Source: Lingula anatina (taxonomy: Eukaryota; Animalia; Brachiopoda). From it: a DNA stretch of 64,000 bases. The translations under genes and the position numbers were made by a program. Shown one piece after another: positions 12,001-25,522 of this stretch. The first letter of the stretch is position 1; each line of letters begins with the position of its first letter. Under the pieces are notes generated by a model. It saw only the letters and a list, made by a program, of their open reading frames with translations. It was not told the DNA's origin and did no database searches. The stretch lies in assembly GCA_051362555.1 (NCBI GenBank), contig CM120642.1:4526001-4590000 (forward strand). The letters run 5' to 3'.

Positions 12001-13741
12001 ATTTTTATTTTTTTAAACCATTTATCAATAAGTTAATTAAGTTATCACCACCAAAATCTAGTCCATTTCTGGCCTATCCTGAAAATTTTATCAAAATCCG
12101 CCCACAACCTTTTGTATGTTCCTAACAGACACACAAATATTTGACAAATAATTAACCATAAATTAATTGTTGAGTCACCATCATTATCTAATCAATTATA
12201 AGGTAAAACAACTGTTGGTTTTGGTAAAAAAAATAATTTTCCTGTGGTAAATAACGATTTTCCCGTACTTACCAATAATTAATGAATCCATTCCGACATT
12301 CAAAATTATTCCGTGTTTTTTTTTTCAATAAATTGTGGCAAGCATAGATTCCAGAATAATTGTTTTGGTGGTAAAATGAAGTTTATAATTGTTTCTGTGA
12401 ATTGTTTACAATGTGAAATATGAATGGCATACAAACAGTTGTTTTCTCTTTAAGTTACCACATTTCTGACCTATCCTGAAAAATTCATCAAAATCAAAAA
12501 TCAACTTTTTAGTGAGGCTGGTGGCAAACAAACAGACAAATGGAGGTGAAAACATAACCTCCCTGCCGAGGGTAGTTTGGCTGCAAGAGTACGACAAACT
12601 GCCGGTTTGAGCTTTCACGTATACGTAATTCTGCTCTGCAAGTGAAAAAGTTGCTTTAAGTAAAATTAGTTCAACGAATGTTTCCACCAACTTACAATTA
12701 ACTATTTTTCTTTTAATTAACATTAACATTAGAAAAGTAAATAGATGAAGACTAATGAAAGGAACGCATTTCTATAGAATTTTCCATTCCTTCTGCATAC
12801 TGATACTGGAAAAACGTGCTCTCAATAATCTCCAGCACACACAAAACAAACCAAACGGAAAGATGAGAGGACTTGCTGTTCGCAGTTTATGATCACACCA
12901 TGGTAAAGCAAAAGGAATACGAATTGTTACCGGCAAAGATTGCATTCATTGTATAAGGTGTGACGGGGTCTTTTCGCTCTTACAAATCAAAACGTGTACT
13001 CATTTCAGGGTGTATCGGGAAGCACAGGGCGTAATCTTCGTGTACGACATATGCAACAGAGAAAGTTTCGAGAAACTGGATTTCTTCCTCTCGGAGTTTA
13101 GGCAGTACAACAGTCGCTCTGATAGGGCTGTGATGATGTTGGTTGGGAACAAAAGGGACCTGATTGGGAAACAAGCCTACAAACGTGAGGTGACTCCGGA
13201 GGAGGCCCATGGATATGCTGGTATGTATGATTTCGTCTGAAGAACCATAATGGAATAGGACGGAGGAGAAGGAGTTATTGCAACTACTTTGATTGTCTGA
13301 ATATCAATCTTTGAGCAAAATGACCTTTAAAATGCTACTGTAGTTACGGTACTGTAGTGATTGATTACCCGGTCTATTGTTAGGTCATACAGTAGTCATT
13401 AATGGTACAAACGCACTTTTGCCGAACTAGATAAAAAATATCTTTAATTCAAAGGTTACCCGAAATTAGAAATAGTTCAACGATTACAATAGCAGTAGCA
13501 TAAAATTAATCTAAAAATTCGAAAGTACATAGAGAAACATTTTGTCGTGTGCCTCATGTCGGGAGTCTTTATTTTATTTCAGAGGAACACGGCTTGCACT
13601 TCATCCATGAAACATCAGCAGCGACTCAGGAAAATGTGGAAAAGGTGTTCAAGATTCTTGTAAATGGTAAAGTTTTTGTCATTTAGTCAGCTTATTTTCC
13701 CCTCCTTCCTTTTTACTCCTTTGATCCCCTCCCAGCCACCC

Positions 13742-13816
<75 letters not shown>

Positions 13817-14069
13817 CTCACTTTTTAGTCAGCCCTATTTTTGCTAGCTTACCGGGTCCTCAAGATCTCCGGTAAAGATGGATCTATGTGTCTTCCAACG
13901 ACATGCGCTTGGAAATTACAGTGATTTTTCTTTTTTATTTTAAGAAATCTACAACAGAAACCCTAGCAGCGGACTGACTCAGAAGGATGACTCCGTAGTG
14001 TCTTTGACAGACGTCAAACTGAAACATAGAAAGATGAAATGCCCGTGTCTTCGGGGAGAAGCCGACTGA
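9002..14069 (+). CDS. CARD-Rab-like GTPase fusion, paralogue B (5 exons: 9002-9368, 11594-11807, 13009-13220, 13583-13666, 13945-14069; 1002 nt, 333 aa)
   Basis: Exon 1 encodes a CARD (LLKNRTFLIKNLHIDEVLELLYQE...RVKKLLDVLDTKDDTAYDVF...QDFIIRKL). Donor C|GTAGGT at 9369 and acceptor CCAG|TG at 11593 give NRYK-L-VLLGTAGVGKT. Motifs TVGTDF, WDTAGQE, GNKRD, ETSAA. C-terminus KHRKMKCPCLRGEAD*. Intron positions and phases match paralogue A. Confidence 0.88.
12450..12575 (+). repeat. Dispersed interspersed-repeat fragment (related copies at ~12040-12135 and ~38760-38917)
   Basis: The three copies share cctatcctgaaaa(a/t)tt(c/t)atcaaaatc. Two end in ...acagacaaa...aaaacataacctc...g(g/a)ggta. Family not assigned. 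Confidence 0.55.
13741..13815. repeat. Compound (CT)n(CA)n microsatellite in intron 4 of CARD-Rab B
   Basis: Read directly from the sequence. Confidence 0.95.
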
Positions 14070-14545
14070 AAGTAGTAATGTTGGTGATTATAATCAGAAA
14101 TCAAACTACTGTGTATGGCGATTTTCTCCTAATGTCATATATTGAACTGAGTCAACATCTTCAGTGTGTAGGGTATCCCTGCAGCTGGGATGGAATTCAT
14201 CCGGGATAACCAAATACGAGGCTCTGGACACTGTGTGACGTCACTGGCATACGAGGCTAGCAAACATGCATGAAGCCGCGTGAGATCGGAATAGCCTTAT
14301 AACTGAAAGGCTATTCCGGCGATGTCGTCTGAGAAAGCAATACAGAGTAACGCGTAAAACATGATGAATACAACCATTGTGCAGGTCTAGAGAACTTAAG
14401 AGAAAATAACCCTCACAATAAACTTGGATGAATTACGTCAGCTCTTATCCGTAGTCGCATTGCACTCACTAGCGCTGTGTCTAACCACTCCCTCATCCAA
14501 ATCTCGCAACATCTCGCTTCGTTTTATGCCTAATCGCGAGACTTA

Positions 14546-14760
14546 CACCCCAGTTCCATAGATTAGATCGACCTACTTTAGATCGACCTAACTCCTTGGG
14601 GGTTCACGCTAAATAGCTGTCAGCCGGGCGGACACGAAAGTTAATTATCCCCTTACAGCTTGTAGTAGGCGGGACGGACATTTAAGTTGGATTATCTGAA
14701 AGTAATCTAGTGAGACTCCCCGCGGGGATAGATCGATCTAAAATCTATGGGAATAGAGCC
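14546..14760. mobile_element. Harbinger-like MITE, related to the 5402-5659 element
   Basis: Inverted repeats ttccatagattagatcgaccta / tagatcgatctaaaatctatgggaa, with TTA at 14543-14545 and 14761-14763. Shares the internal ggagttaggtcg motif (reverse strand) with the 5.4-kb element. Confidence 0.55.
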
Positions 14761-15481
14761 TTAGAACTATTTTGGATGATTGCCCTTGGGAACTGCAAAT
14801 CACGCGAATGATACAAAAGATAAACAGTCATTCGTATATAGTTGCGAGAAGTTAAATGTACATACACATCTTCTTCAGGAGACGTCTGAAATGCTTGGCA
14901 CTACTTTCCGTAAACTTTTTGTAATGAATACTGTGGCCCAGTGCATAAGCAGTGCCTTTGCCTCTAACTATTTGACTTGACAGATTAAACTGTTTTGATT
15001 AAAAGCGAAGAATTAAGTATTCGAGAAATTAAATCCTCGGCATGTATGTAGGGTCTACAAAAGTCATTTAAAGGATTGGTTCTAGACATAAAATACAATG
15101 TATCAAGTTAAGGAAACCACATAAGTCAATGAAGTATGCGTATAGATGAAATTGATATGACATATAATTATAATCGTAACGTGTGCTCGCGAAGTAGCTT
15201 CTATCCATTGATTTGCATTTTAGGAATTTAACGAATTTAAACACATCGTGTACCAGTCAAAATAAAAAAAAGCATGCGTACGAATTGGAACTGGAAAGGT
15301 GACCGATTAATGTAATTGTATCTTAAAGGCAGTAAGGTGGTAAACACAGAGGTATTGACTTTGATTAAGTGACATCACCAGATGAGGAAAAAAACACGTC
15401 ACAGATCCCATGTTTATCATTCCAGACGGTGTGTCACGAAAATTAACTTTCTTGTGATCTCAATTAAATTTAATATGACAC

Positions 15482-15688
15482 AGGTTGTATTCACAATCAA
15501 AGCTGATCCGCGGACAAACAGATCCGCGGATCAAACATGGTCGACCCTCATGAAAACTTACCGCGTAATCCCCACGGAGAATGTATTGAGTGTCTGTTAG
15601 GGGATTATGCAGCAAACTTTTAAGTGGGTCGGCCATATTTGATCCGTGTATCTGTTAGTCAGCGGATCAACTTGTTCTAAATGCGCCC
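15482..15688. mobile_element. Degenerate ~200-bp foldback/MITE
   Basis: gctgatccgcggacaaacagatccgcggatcaaacatgg pairs imperfectly with ccatatttgatccgtgtatctgttagtcagcggatcaac. Ends are approximate. Confidence 0.5.
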
Positions 15689-17694
15689 ATAGAAAACGTT
15701 TAAGTCTGTGCACAACAAGACTATTACCTACTCATACGTGCCATATGTGACATATATTTTTAGATCTTTGCTGTGAAATTAAGGGCAAATGTAAATACAA
15801 TAGGCCCTATAATTAAAATTAAGGGCAAATGTAAATACAATATAATTATAATAGACGTGCATCGATATTATAAAGTGATACTTAGCATTGGTGACAAATG
15901 TTCTTCAAGTCTAGTAAGATGTTTGGTTAATTATTGCACTGCGTTATAAATATGCAACAAGCTGTATATTATGTATTTTAAATAGTACTGTTTCACCCGT
16001 TTCTATTATTTTAATTTAAGCTGATATAATTTTAATAAAAGCTGTCTTGACTCCTTTCCTTGGTGTGTATGTGTGTTTGTGTGTGATTTTTCACTTAAAC
16101 CAATTCGATCAACGCAGAAGCAATATTTGAAACATTTTCTGTTGCCATCAAATAACCATGATTTTCCTTTGAGCAAAAGATGTGGCCGATGATGTAACTT
16201 CCATCTAAAACGATCGTCGTGCACGGGTACAGAATGTATCAGACCTCTTAGTGCTAGTTGCACTATCACTGGCTATAATAAACGGTTGACCGAAGAAATA
16301 AAACTGACCAAGTTCAAAGGACGTACAGGCGAGGACAAACAAAGCTGTGCTGCAACGATTTTGTGTTTTCAATCGATTACAGTATCGATCTACTTGTAGA
16401 TACCCCACTTTGGTGACTCTGGACTTAACTTTTATTCTTAGCAGTTTAAGTCACGAATCTTCAAAAATATTAAGACTTCAATGTGGAGGTTATTTTGTGT
16501 CTATTCGTGATCATTGTCAGGGATTATTTTGATGTATAGCATCATAAATATATCATGGAAAATTTGGAGATATGTTACTTTCTACTGCTCATTTTGTCAC
16601 CGTAGTATCTGAATGTTTGCTATTTCATCTACATTTAACAAACTCTCTGGACCCATGGGGAAATTAATATCATATACATTTCTGTTTTGTGGGGACTGCA
16701 CGTACACTGTATAATTTGAGAAATGGCACTTTGATAGAACATAGAACTTGGATTAAATTCTGATGTAACAGATATTTTTATACCCCCTATCACCAACCGA
16801 CTACGGGTCCGTACCATTACCCACTGTTCTCTCTTAGTCTCATAATAATAAATACTGTTTTTTTATATAGAAAAGGGTTATTTAAGAATCAATGCATAGT
16901 TTTTTTATCTTTTTGCTTAAATAATTAAAAAAACACAGAATCACAAGAGGGTGATTTTACTTTTAAGTAAAATTTTACGAAATCTTGGGATAACGAGGAG
17001 AAACAGATACGAACGTGCATGAGGAATAGTTATCGATGTTTTTAATTTATTTTATTTATAATTATTTTTTATTATTTATTAATATTGTTATTCTTATTGT
17101 TATTATTATAATTTTGAAAATTCAACTTTGTTGTAATGGACGATGTGCTTAATTGATTTATCATAACAATAACTAATGATTTAGAAGACAACGTGTTACT
17201 AGTAAGCCCCCAAGAATACTTCAAACTCAATTTTCACTCAAACTTAAGTCAATATGCAGGCAACGGTCTGGTTTCGTATAACATCGACGTGCCAGTTTCA
17301 ATATTTTAAAAATTAGAATTGAAAAGAGGTATCAGATTAAAGGCTGGGTCGATATACATTGCAAACACCTTTTTGTAAGAGACAAACTGACAAACCGGGA
17401 ACTGTGTTTATTTGTAAAGTTCTTATCAAGGCAGGAGGAAGTTCATCTTGGCTTCACCAACTGTTTTATATACAATAAGCTGCTTTATGTAGACAAAGGT
17501 GTGATCAGAGTTTTATACTAATAGACGTGGTTCAATGAGCACTGTTTGCATTGGGAAACAGCACCAATGATCAATGCTATTATCCTGGCTAAAGAAATAA
17601 AAAAGTCGATAGACTGCCGTGACAGCAAGACTGGTTATGACACAAGAGGCATACGGTGATAGTAGCAGAGAACTGTAGATACAAAAGCACCAAG

Positions 17695-20046
17695 ATGCTG
17701 CTGTATCTGTCACTTTTAATTGGCCCCCTTTGTGTTTTGTCTATTAACCAATCTGGACCTTCGTACAAATGGGGGTACTTTGAGAGTCACATCAGCGCGC
17801 GACTTGCAAATGGCGTGTTCGGAGGAGGAGCGGCAAAAACCTTTACCGTGCAGAAAAGGTCGGAATGTACAACGCTATGCATGCGTCTTGGGCCCGAGTC
17901 GTGTGTCTCTGTCAGTTTTAACTCAGCTGAGTTGATCTGTGAAGTTTACGATAAAACTACTGACGACGACTCCAACACTTCTCCAGTAGCGAGTGAAGGA
18001 TGGGAGTATTTAAATCCAAAGTTCGGTAAGTCTAATGATGTGAAACCACCATTATTTTGTTCACACCTATCATTCAGTAATTTTCGTCTATTTTCTATTA
18101 TTTTCGACTATCTTCTGACTTCTGAGGATTACCTTCTCTCTCTCTCTCTCTCTCTCTCTGTTTTGAAGTGTGCGCGGTGCGTGCCTACGTCGCCCTTTCA
18201 TTAGGAAAGATGTAATCCGTAGTTACCTACATGTACAATACGACAACCACAAATAACACCTTTTTTCTGGTTAAAAATCAACATTTTAGACGTCAGCTTA
18301 TGGCTGTGGAGTTCAAGAATTGTTCTATCAGCACCTCATCATTTTGGTAACGATCTAAGGAAGCACTCTTTAGCTTTTTAATTTTTTAAATTGTATTTTC
18401 GGTTGCTTTGATAAAAAAAATTCTCATTAAATTGATAAACAAAGTGCATTGCCACATGTCTAGCCTTTTCTTTCGATATTCATCAAGCAGACAAATCACG
18501 ATATACATGTATAAACTTAAATGTATATATCGTCTTTAAAACCGTATCACATATCGAGCATTTAGAATACCGAAAAGATTATTTTGACCATGTATTGCAT
18601 TTTAGTTTTCCCAAACGAAGATTTTTTCTCGCTGAAATGTTTTATTGTTGCCCTTAACGATGTTTTTCAATCATTCTTGACATATTTGCTTTTCTTTGTT
18701 GTTGTTCCGGGCTTCATGTCTATTGTGGGTACCGTGGCATTGACCGCGCAAATTTATGGGTAATTGATTGTCGAAAGAATCAATTAAGAATAAAGGGCAT
18801 CTTATTGAGGATAAGGTCAATTTAAAACACATTGTACTCGTTTAAAGTGGTGCGCTTACTTTATCGATAAATCGATTAAGTGAATCATGGGACCTGCTCT
18901 TTGTTATTACAACCTCAGGTAATTTTATTTTAGGGTTTTAGCTTGAAAAGAGTCTTGTCTCAAATCCAATTGCAAATCAATCTGGAAATGAGCACTGGCA
19001 TGGACAGGGAGTGCATCTCAGAATATATTCATAACATGTTCCGGATCCTTGCCATCTTCCTATCACCCGGGCCTTTGTATAATTTATTTTTATGTGATTT
19101 GCGCCGCAATGGAAATCATTCGAGACAGCCCAAAATGTCGCGACTTATCGTAAAAAATCAGGTGAGACCGATGGAAAAATAATCGGCAACACAACCTTCC
19201 TGTAGCTAATGGTATTATTATTATTATAGATTGTTTTAAAATTGTAAAGGAGGTTATCGATTAGGTTCATAACTTCCTTTAAGTGGGGTTCATATATTTG
19301 CATATTTGCATTTGCAAGGGGTGCTACGAGACGACTCTTTGACCTAAGTAATTGTAAACAAGTCAAACCTCGATACGGGACATCAAATTCTTGAATATTT
19401 TATGAAGACTATAGAAGCAATAGTAGTATAGGGTCGTATTCAATAACATTATTAGGCTCAATGGTTTGTGAAATAATGGTGTTCCAGGTTTTATTCAAAC
19501 ACATCACTTTTTAGTTAGATAAAGTTACAGTACCGTCTATTTATGACAAAATAAGACTATCAAATTATTTTCTTGTCTTTAAGAATTGTGAGGGGTCAAC
19601 TTTTCATTTTCAGGCCATTTATTGGCATGTGTATTAAACAGTTGGTAGTTGTTCTTCGGTCCACTTCTCATTAACAAAAAGGGTTTGTTGGACTATTGAG
19701 TAAATCTACTTTCATCCGTCACCTGGATCAGTCGAATAGTAGGCTACATGTATGATAAGATTATAAAGACACAGGCGGGTTCTGATTCAAAAATAGTTAA
19801 GGTCGAAAATTGCTGTACATTTTTTGACCAAATTAAATAACATATTGCACCTGCTTGTAACAGGAAAGGTAGTGTTGATGTTCCAGAACAACAACTGTTT
19901 TTATTAGATTTGACTGCTGTGGATTAACCTTGCCCAGGCGCCGTCTATGCTCTTTATGTTTTAGAACCATCCCATACTATAGTGTTTTTAACCGGCCTTA
20001 AGGTGCATGTAACACTCTGGAAATGGCCAATTTGGTTAAGGTGTTT

Positions 20047-20085
<39 letters not shown>

Positions 20086-23000
20086 TTTTATGTATTTTAG
20101 CAACACGTATCTAACGTGAACAAAGGGAATTCAGGAGTTTTCACGTTTAGATACTAAGCACAAGACTCGTTCTTAATATTAATAAAACATTCATACAAGA
20201 CATTTCTGTATATTTTGTTTATCACTAAAATTAATTCCAACATTTTGTACGAAAAAAGGGTGTATGAATTCTTGTACAAGAGTTTGCTCTTTGGTCTGAT
20301 GTGGTTCTTCCAGAAATGTAACGTACTGAGGGGTTAAACTTGAGAGCTATTTCTCGAGATTTTCACCCAATCACGAATGCATTCAAGCATGCCCGTACAA
20401 GCACGCAGCCACATATACATGTGTACACCTTAAAATTCATAAAAAAACGTTCTAGGTATTATATTAGTTCGAACTTAGGTTAGTGCCTTTGTTTAAAACC
20501 AACGTTAACTTGACATATTAATTTGCATTTGTTTTTTTTTCCCATAAGGTCCCCCACAGAAACCTATAATTTGGGAAGCTAAATCTCCGCACAGAAACAC
20601 CATAGAGGTCACCTGGGCGCCAGACGTGGACGGCGGCTTTGAACAGACCATCACCTTGGACATCAAACTCCAGAACGCGGATGACAGCACTTATGTGACA
20701 AAGCTGACGGTGACAAACCCGGAGTACCTGGTCAACGTTACCACCATCTTGACGGACTTGGTTGAGAACCTCTTCTACACCCTGCGGTTCACGTCCACCA
20801 ACACAAGAACAGTTGGTATAAACAATGCCTCTGTCACGGTTGACGTACAGACCTTTTCTGACGGTGAGTTCTCAGGTCTAGAGTCAGCCGTCTGGAAGCC
20901 TGGGGTATTCTCAAGCTTTAATCAAAATACTATCCAGGCCTGGGTATCTGGGGAAAGAGTGTTTGTACAGGGTCACTTGTTGTTCTTTTAGCATGATCAA
21001 AACGCTTAGGTTTATCACCAAGGCGGTTTTTCTAACTTTACATACAATCGCTACTAATTATAAGGACTTCCGAGTCCACAGAGTTTTACACTGATGACTG
21101 AGATATACTGGGTAATGCTTATAGAAAAAAATCTATTAGAAATATCCACTCCGGTCGACTTATCGTCCTGATCGCACTTCTTTCAAAATATTTTTTTTTT
21201 CTTTTTTTCAAGGTTTCACATGCGAAAGATGGAAATCGGAGGGTAGCCTAACCAGCGGTACATATACCATAGATCCTGACGGCAACGGTCCTGTGACGTC
21301 ATTTGACGTGGACTGCGACATGACCTTTGACCCGCCCTTGACGATCGTCCACCATTCCATAGAAGGGAGAAGCTCTCAGCTTGGCCCGTCACATTCTGGC
21401 TACTACTATCGTTCCCTGAGTTATTCCCCCGCTACAACAGACCACGTGGTGGCGCTCGTAGACAAAGCAAGTCACTGTCACCAGTTTCGTAAATTCGAGT
21501 GCCATGGTGTTGGAAGTAAGTAACTTCATTTAAATACAAAGGGTTAGAATATGTTTTACAGAACTGACAAAATATTTTTTGAAATAATAAATAAAAGAGA
21601 ATTCAACGATTACGGATTGATTACGGATCAAGGATTCACTGAAATAATTATTAATGGCGTTTTTGTGCCCGCCTGGTAGGTAGAATCATTCTACATTGAA
21701 GTGCAGATCAATTATCATTTAACAATATAATAATGGCATTCATCGTCTTCTGGTAAGTGTAGTGATAACTGACGGAATAATAGTTTCTTTTTTTTGGGGG
21801 GGGGGGGGGGGGTGGAGGCGGGGGAGGGTCAGGTAGACCTTCGAGGAAGTTGGGAATCTTTCAAATCTCGAGTTGACTATACTTAATAACGGCACTATCG
21901 CAAGTCCATGTCGTCAATCATCACCATGTCCATCTATCATGAAGTGAATACCCGCGGTTTCAGATACCGGAAGCGGCACCGACCAAAGTGACAGGGACGG
22001 AGCCTACCAGTTCTGGGGCGCCTATTTTGCCGGCGGCTCCCCAGTATCTAAATGCCTTTGTGGAAAATATTCAGCATGTAGAAATGGGAGATGTAAGTAT
22101 ACATTCATCTTAAGCAAACTTCATTTGTAGCTTATTATTATACAAAAGGTTAAAGGGATAATAACTCTTCGTTTTGGCCAAAAAATTAATTTTCCTGGAG
22201 TAAACAATTTTCCCATACTTACCAATGATTAATGAATCCATTTTTATATTCGAAGATAGTCCCTGGTTTTTTTCTAAAAAATTTGGTTTTTTGTTAAAAT
22301 CTCTTAAGAGATTATAACAGAGTAAAGCCATCAATGGAGGTCAGGTGATCTGAAGACAAGCTCAGATATCAGAATAATAGCTATCTGCTGTTTTCGTCGT
22401 AAAACAGAATATATTATATTTCTAGGAGTTATTCACAATGTTTTTATTGTGAAATATAGATTTCATACGAAGAGTTATTATCCCTTTAAGTGGCAACGAC
22501 TGACGTGAAATACTTCACGAAACAGATTTCGATCATTTTTTCCATACTTTTTACTTCATTAAATGTCCTATGTCAAGTTATGCTTTTTTAATCATCCAAA
22601 ACAAATCAAAACACCAAGTTCATACAATTTATTCATTTATTTATGATAAAAACAAATAACGCTATCATAAATTATGTTGTAGATAATTATGGTGTACTTG
22701 TTGGAGATTTGAGATTTTTCTAATTAAAAAATTAATAAAAGTTGCCCGACAGTTTATTTCCACATTACACACACCGTTATGGATCCACGAGGTTCTCACG
22801 TTGCTTCGCTCGACTCTATATAAGTTCCTTGAAACAGATTTTACATGCATCTCTTGCGTAAAGATGAAAGGTAAAATATAAAATTGTTCTGAAGACTTTT
22901 GTGTTTAATCTATGAGGCATGGCTTTTGGCCTTTCCGGTGCTCACTGCAAAGAGTTAGTCATAGATACTAGTAAAAGCTTGGAAGAATTAGTATTAATTT

Positions 23001-25491
23001 TTAAGTTGCACTGACGCTTCACAGTGAAAGCCAAGTGGTTGCTATACAGTGGGTTTCAGGAACTGCCATCCGGTACCTTACTCATGCATTTTATAACACG
23101 TGGTCAATTTCAGCCGACTGTGCCTGCATGGCCAACGATGTCGTTTGGCGAGAATCTGCGGGATACCTTCAGGAGAAAGTGGTCCTTCCCATCGTGAATA
23201 CAAGAATAAGTGACATTGACGGTACCAATGAAATGGGATTCGAGACACTGGGGCCGGTGGTTTGCTCTTCCTGGCCAGAAGGTAGGATTCATGGCACACA
23301 AATGAGTCCCTGAAATGTCAAATCGCGAAAGGTTCCACTTTAACCTGGAAATAGTATATAATTCCTAGAAGCTGACCGCATGATTGCATAAAGTCATCTC
23401 ATGAGTGTTCTGAAATCCTTGTACTTTGCAATCTTGTCGAACAACTTCTTGAGTTGGACTGCATGTAGTTTTTGGTTCATATAAACCTGGTGTGTGAAGT
23501 TATTGGCTCATTATATATTAAATTTTTTTTTGGAAAATAATGGTTCTTTTCAATGTTAACTCAATCAACCTGCAAATTGAAACAGATTAATATGTTTTGC
23601 ACTTAAAAACTATCCATCCGTCTCTAAGGTCACAAAAGAGCACGTGCCATTCTACGCAGGCCCCCAGTATGTGAACGCAGATGACAGCATGCAGATACTT
23701 AAGTTGATTAAGATATATTAAAACCTTAAATATGTAACAAATATCCAGGTCGTGAACATCCGCTAGGGATGGAAAACTCCCTCATTGCTGATTCTGCACT
23801 CTCTGCATCAAACACCGACTCCAGTAGCCAGTGCACGGTGACCAACGGCCGAGTGGGGTCCGCCTTCGACGCGGCCTGGTGTCCACCTGCGGCTAACCTG
23901 GATACTGACCAATGGTTCCAAGTGGACCTGGGCAAGGTCATGGTAGTGACCAAGGTGGCCACACAGGTGAGAGTTGATTTGGGAGTACTGTACCCTAGCC
24001 GAGCGTTATTTTACATAGGAGAGTGATTATTGCAGTTTGACCATGACGTAAAAATAATGATGGCAACGTGTATTTCCCACATCATTAAATTGAAAAGAAT
24101 CTCGTATCACAGTGTATGCATGTTACATTTACATGTGTACGTTGAGCAAGTGAATGTTAAATACAACACAACCGCCTCACTCATCATGTGGACTATAAGT
24201 AACAAACATAATATTTTTGCGCATTCAATACTTGTTCTTACAGTTACCAAATTGATTACTCGTAACACTGGCAACACATATGTGAAACACCAGTCTTTGG
24301 TCTGTAAAATTTAGATTCTAGTAAACCCCAAAGTTTCTAAAGTGTTGATATATTATTCATCGGGATATTTAAATTTCATCGACAATTTATTTGTACGTTC
24401 CATTAGGGTCAAGCCGGTCCGTCTAACCGCTGGGTAACAAAATACAGTCTCCTCTTCTCAAACCTTAGTTACACTAATTTTGAATGCTATACATCTGGAA
24501 ATGGCACTTGTAAGGTAAGAGACCCATTTGCTATCAATAATTTATCTGATTTGTGCCACCTTAATTGCACCTTTTGAGAGTACTTTTGGCTCTGCCATTC
24601 GTTAAACAAAACAGACAAGAGTCAAATGATCCGACCATGCAATTCAAGTAATTTGTTTTCATCAATTGAATAATCCTCGATGCCGTAGCGTTTGTATGTT
24701 AACAAAGTTGTAACTTTTAAACAGGTTTTCAATGGCAACTGGGACGGTGACGCAGTGCGCACTAATTACCTAAGACCTGCGGGTATAGGCAGATATATAC
24801 GCTTCAATCCCAAGGCTTGGAACACACACATTAGCCTTAGAGCAGAAGTATATGGGTTTGAGGCAGGTAGGTCGGGTATTTAAAGAGATGTCGTGTCAAA
24901 CTGTCTGTCCCCTCCCCCACATTTGCATGAGTATACCAGTAGGCCCCCTATGTTCAAGGCAGACTCGAATCTTATCTTACTTAAAAGTACAAATGAAGCG
25001 AGAGCAAATTCCCTGTAACGTACCTACATAAATTATTATACCAGTTTGCGACAGATCAAATGACCAACTTGATAAATGACCAACGTCTCTTTTCTTAAAG
25101 GCATTTGTTTTTACCCTTAGGCTATACTAACACCAGTGACATTCCCACTGGTCAGTCGGTCACTCTCACCTGTCCAACGGGCACTTGGCTTGACATCCAA
25201 GACGCATTTTATGGAGACGAGAGCCAAAACTGCCGTGCCACACAAAAGAACGCCATCAAGGCAGTTAAGACACCATGTCAACAGCGTTCGACCTGCACCG
25301 TCACATCCGGGACCTCCCTCTTTGGAGATCCGTGTTCCTCAGTGAGCAGCAAATATATGTGGATAACGTATAAATGTGTCTGTAAGTATATTGAATGGCA
25401 CGTCATGTACTAGTATGAATGACAGTATGGCTGAATGACAGATGTTAGGGCTCGTCTCTCTTATTCCAAATCTACTCGCCATCTCATATAT

Positions 25492-25522
<31 letters not shown>

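Noticed and set aside
5402-14760. Related Harbinger-like MITEs near both CARD-Rab copies as the cause of the inverted duplication
   Set aside because: They occupy non-equivalent positions (intron 3 of A versus downstream of B) and look younger than the protein divergence. Independent insertions are more likely.
15776-15842. 27-bp direct duplication aaattaagggcaaatgtaaatacaata
   Set aside because: A simple local tandem duplication in AT-rich intergenic DNA with no sign of function.
19998-20433. Possible TTAA-flanked (Kolobok-like) element, ttaaggtg...caccttaa
   Set aside because: The terminal match is only a few bases beyond TTAA, too short to support without copy-number data.
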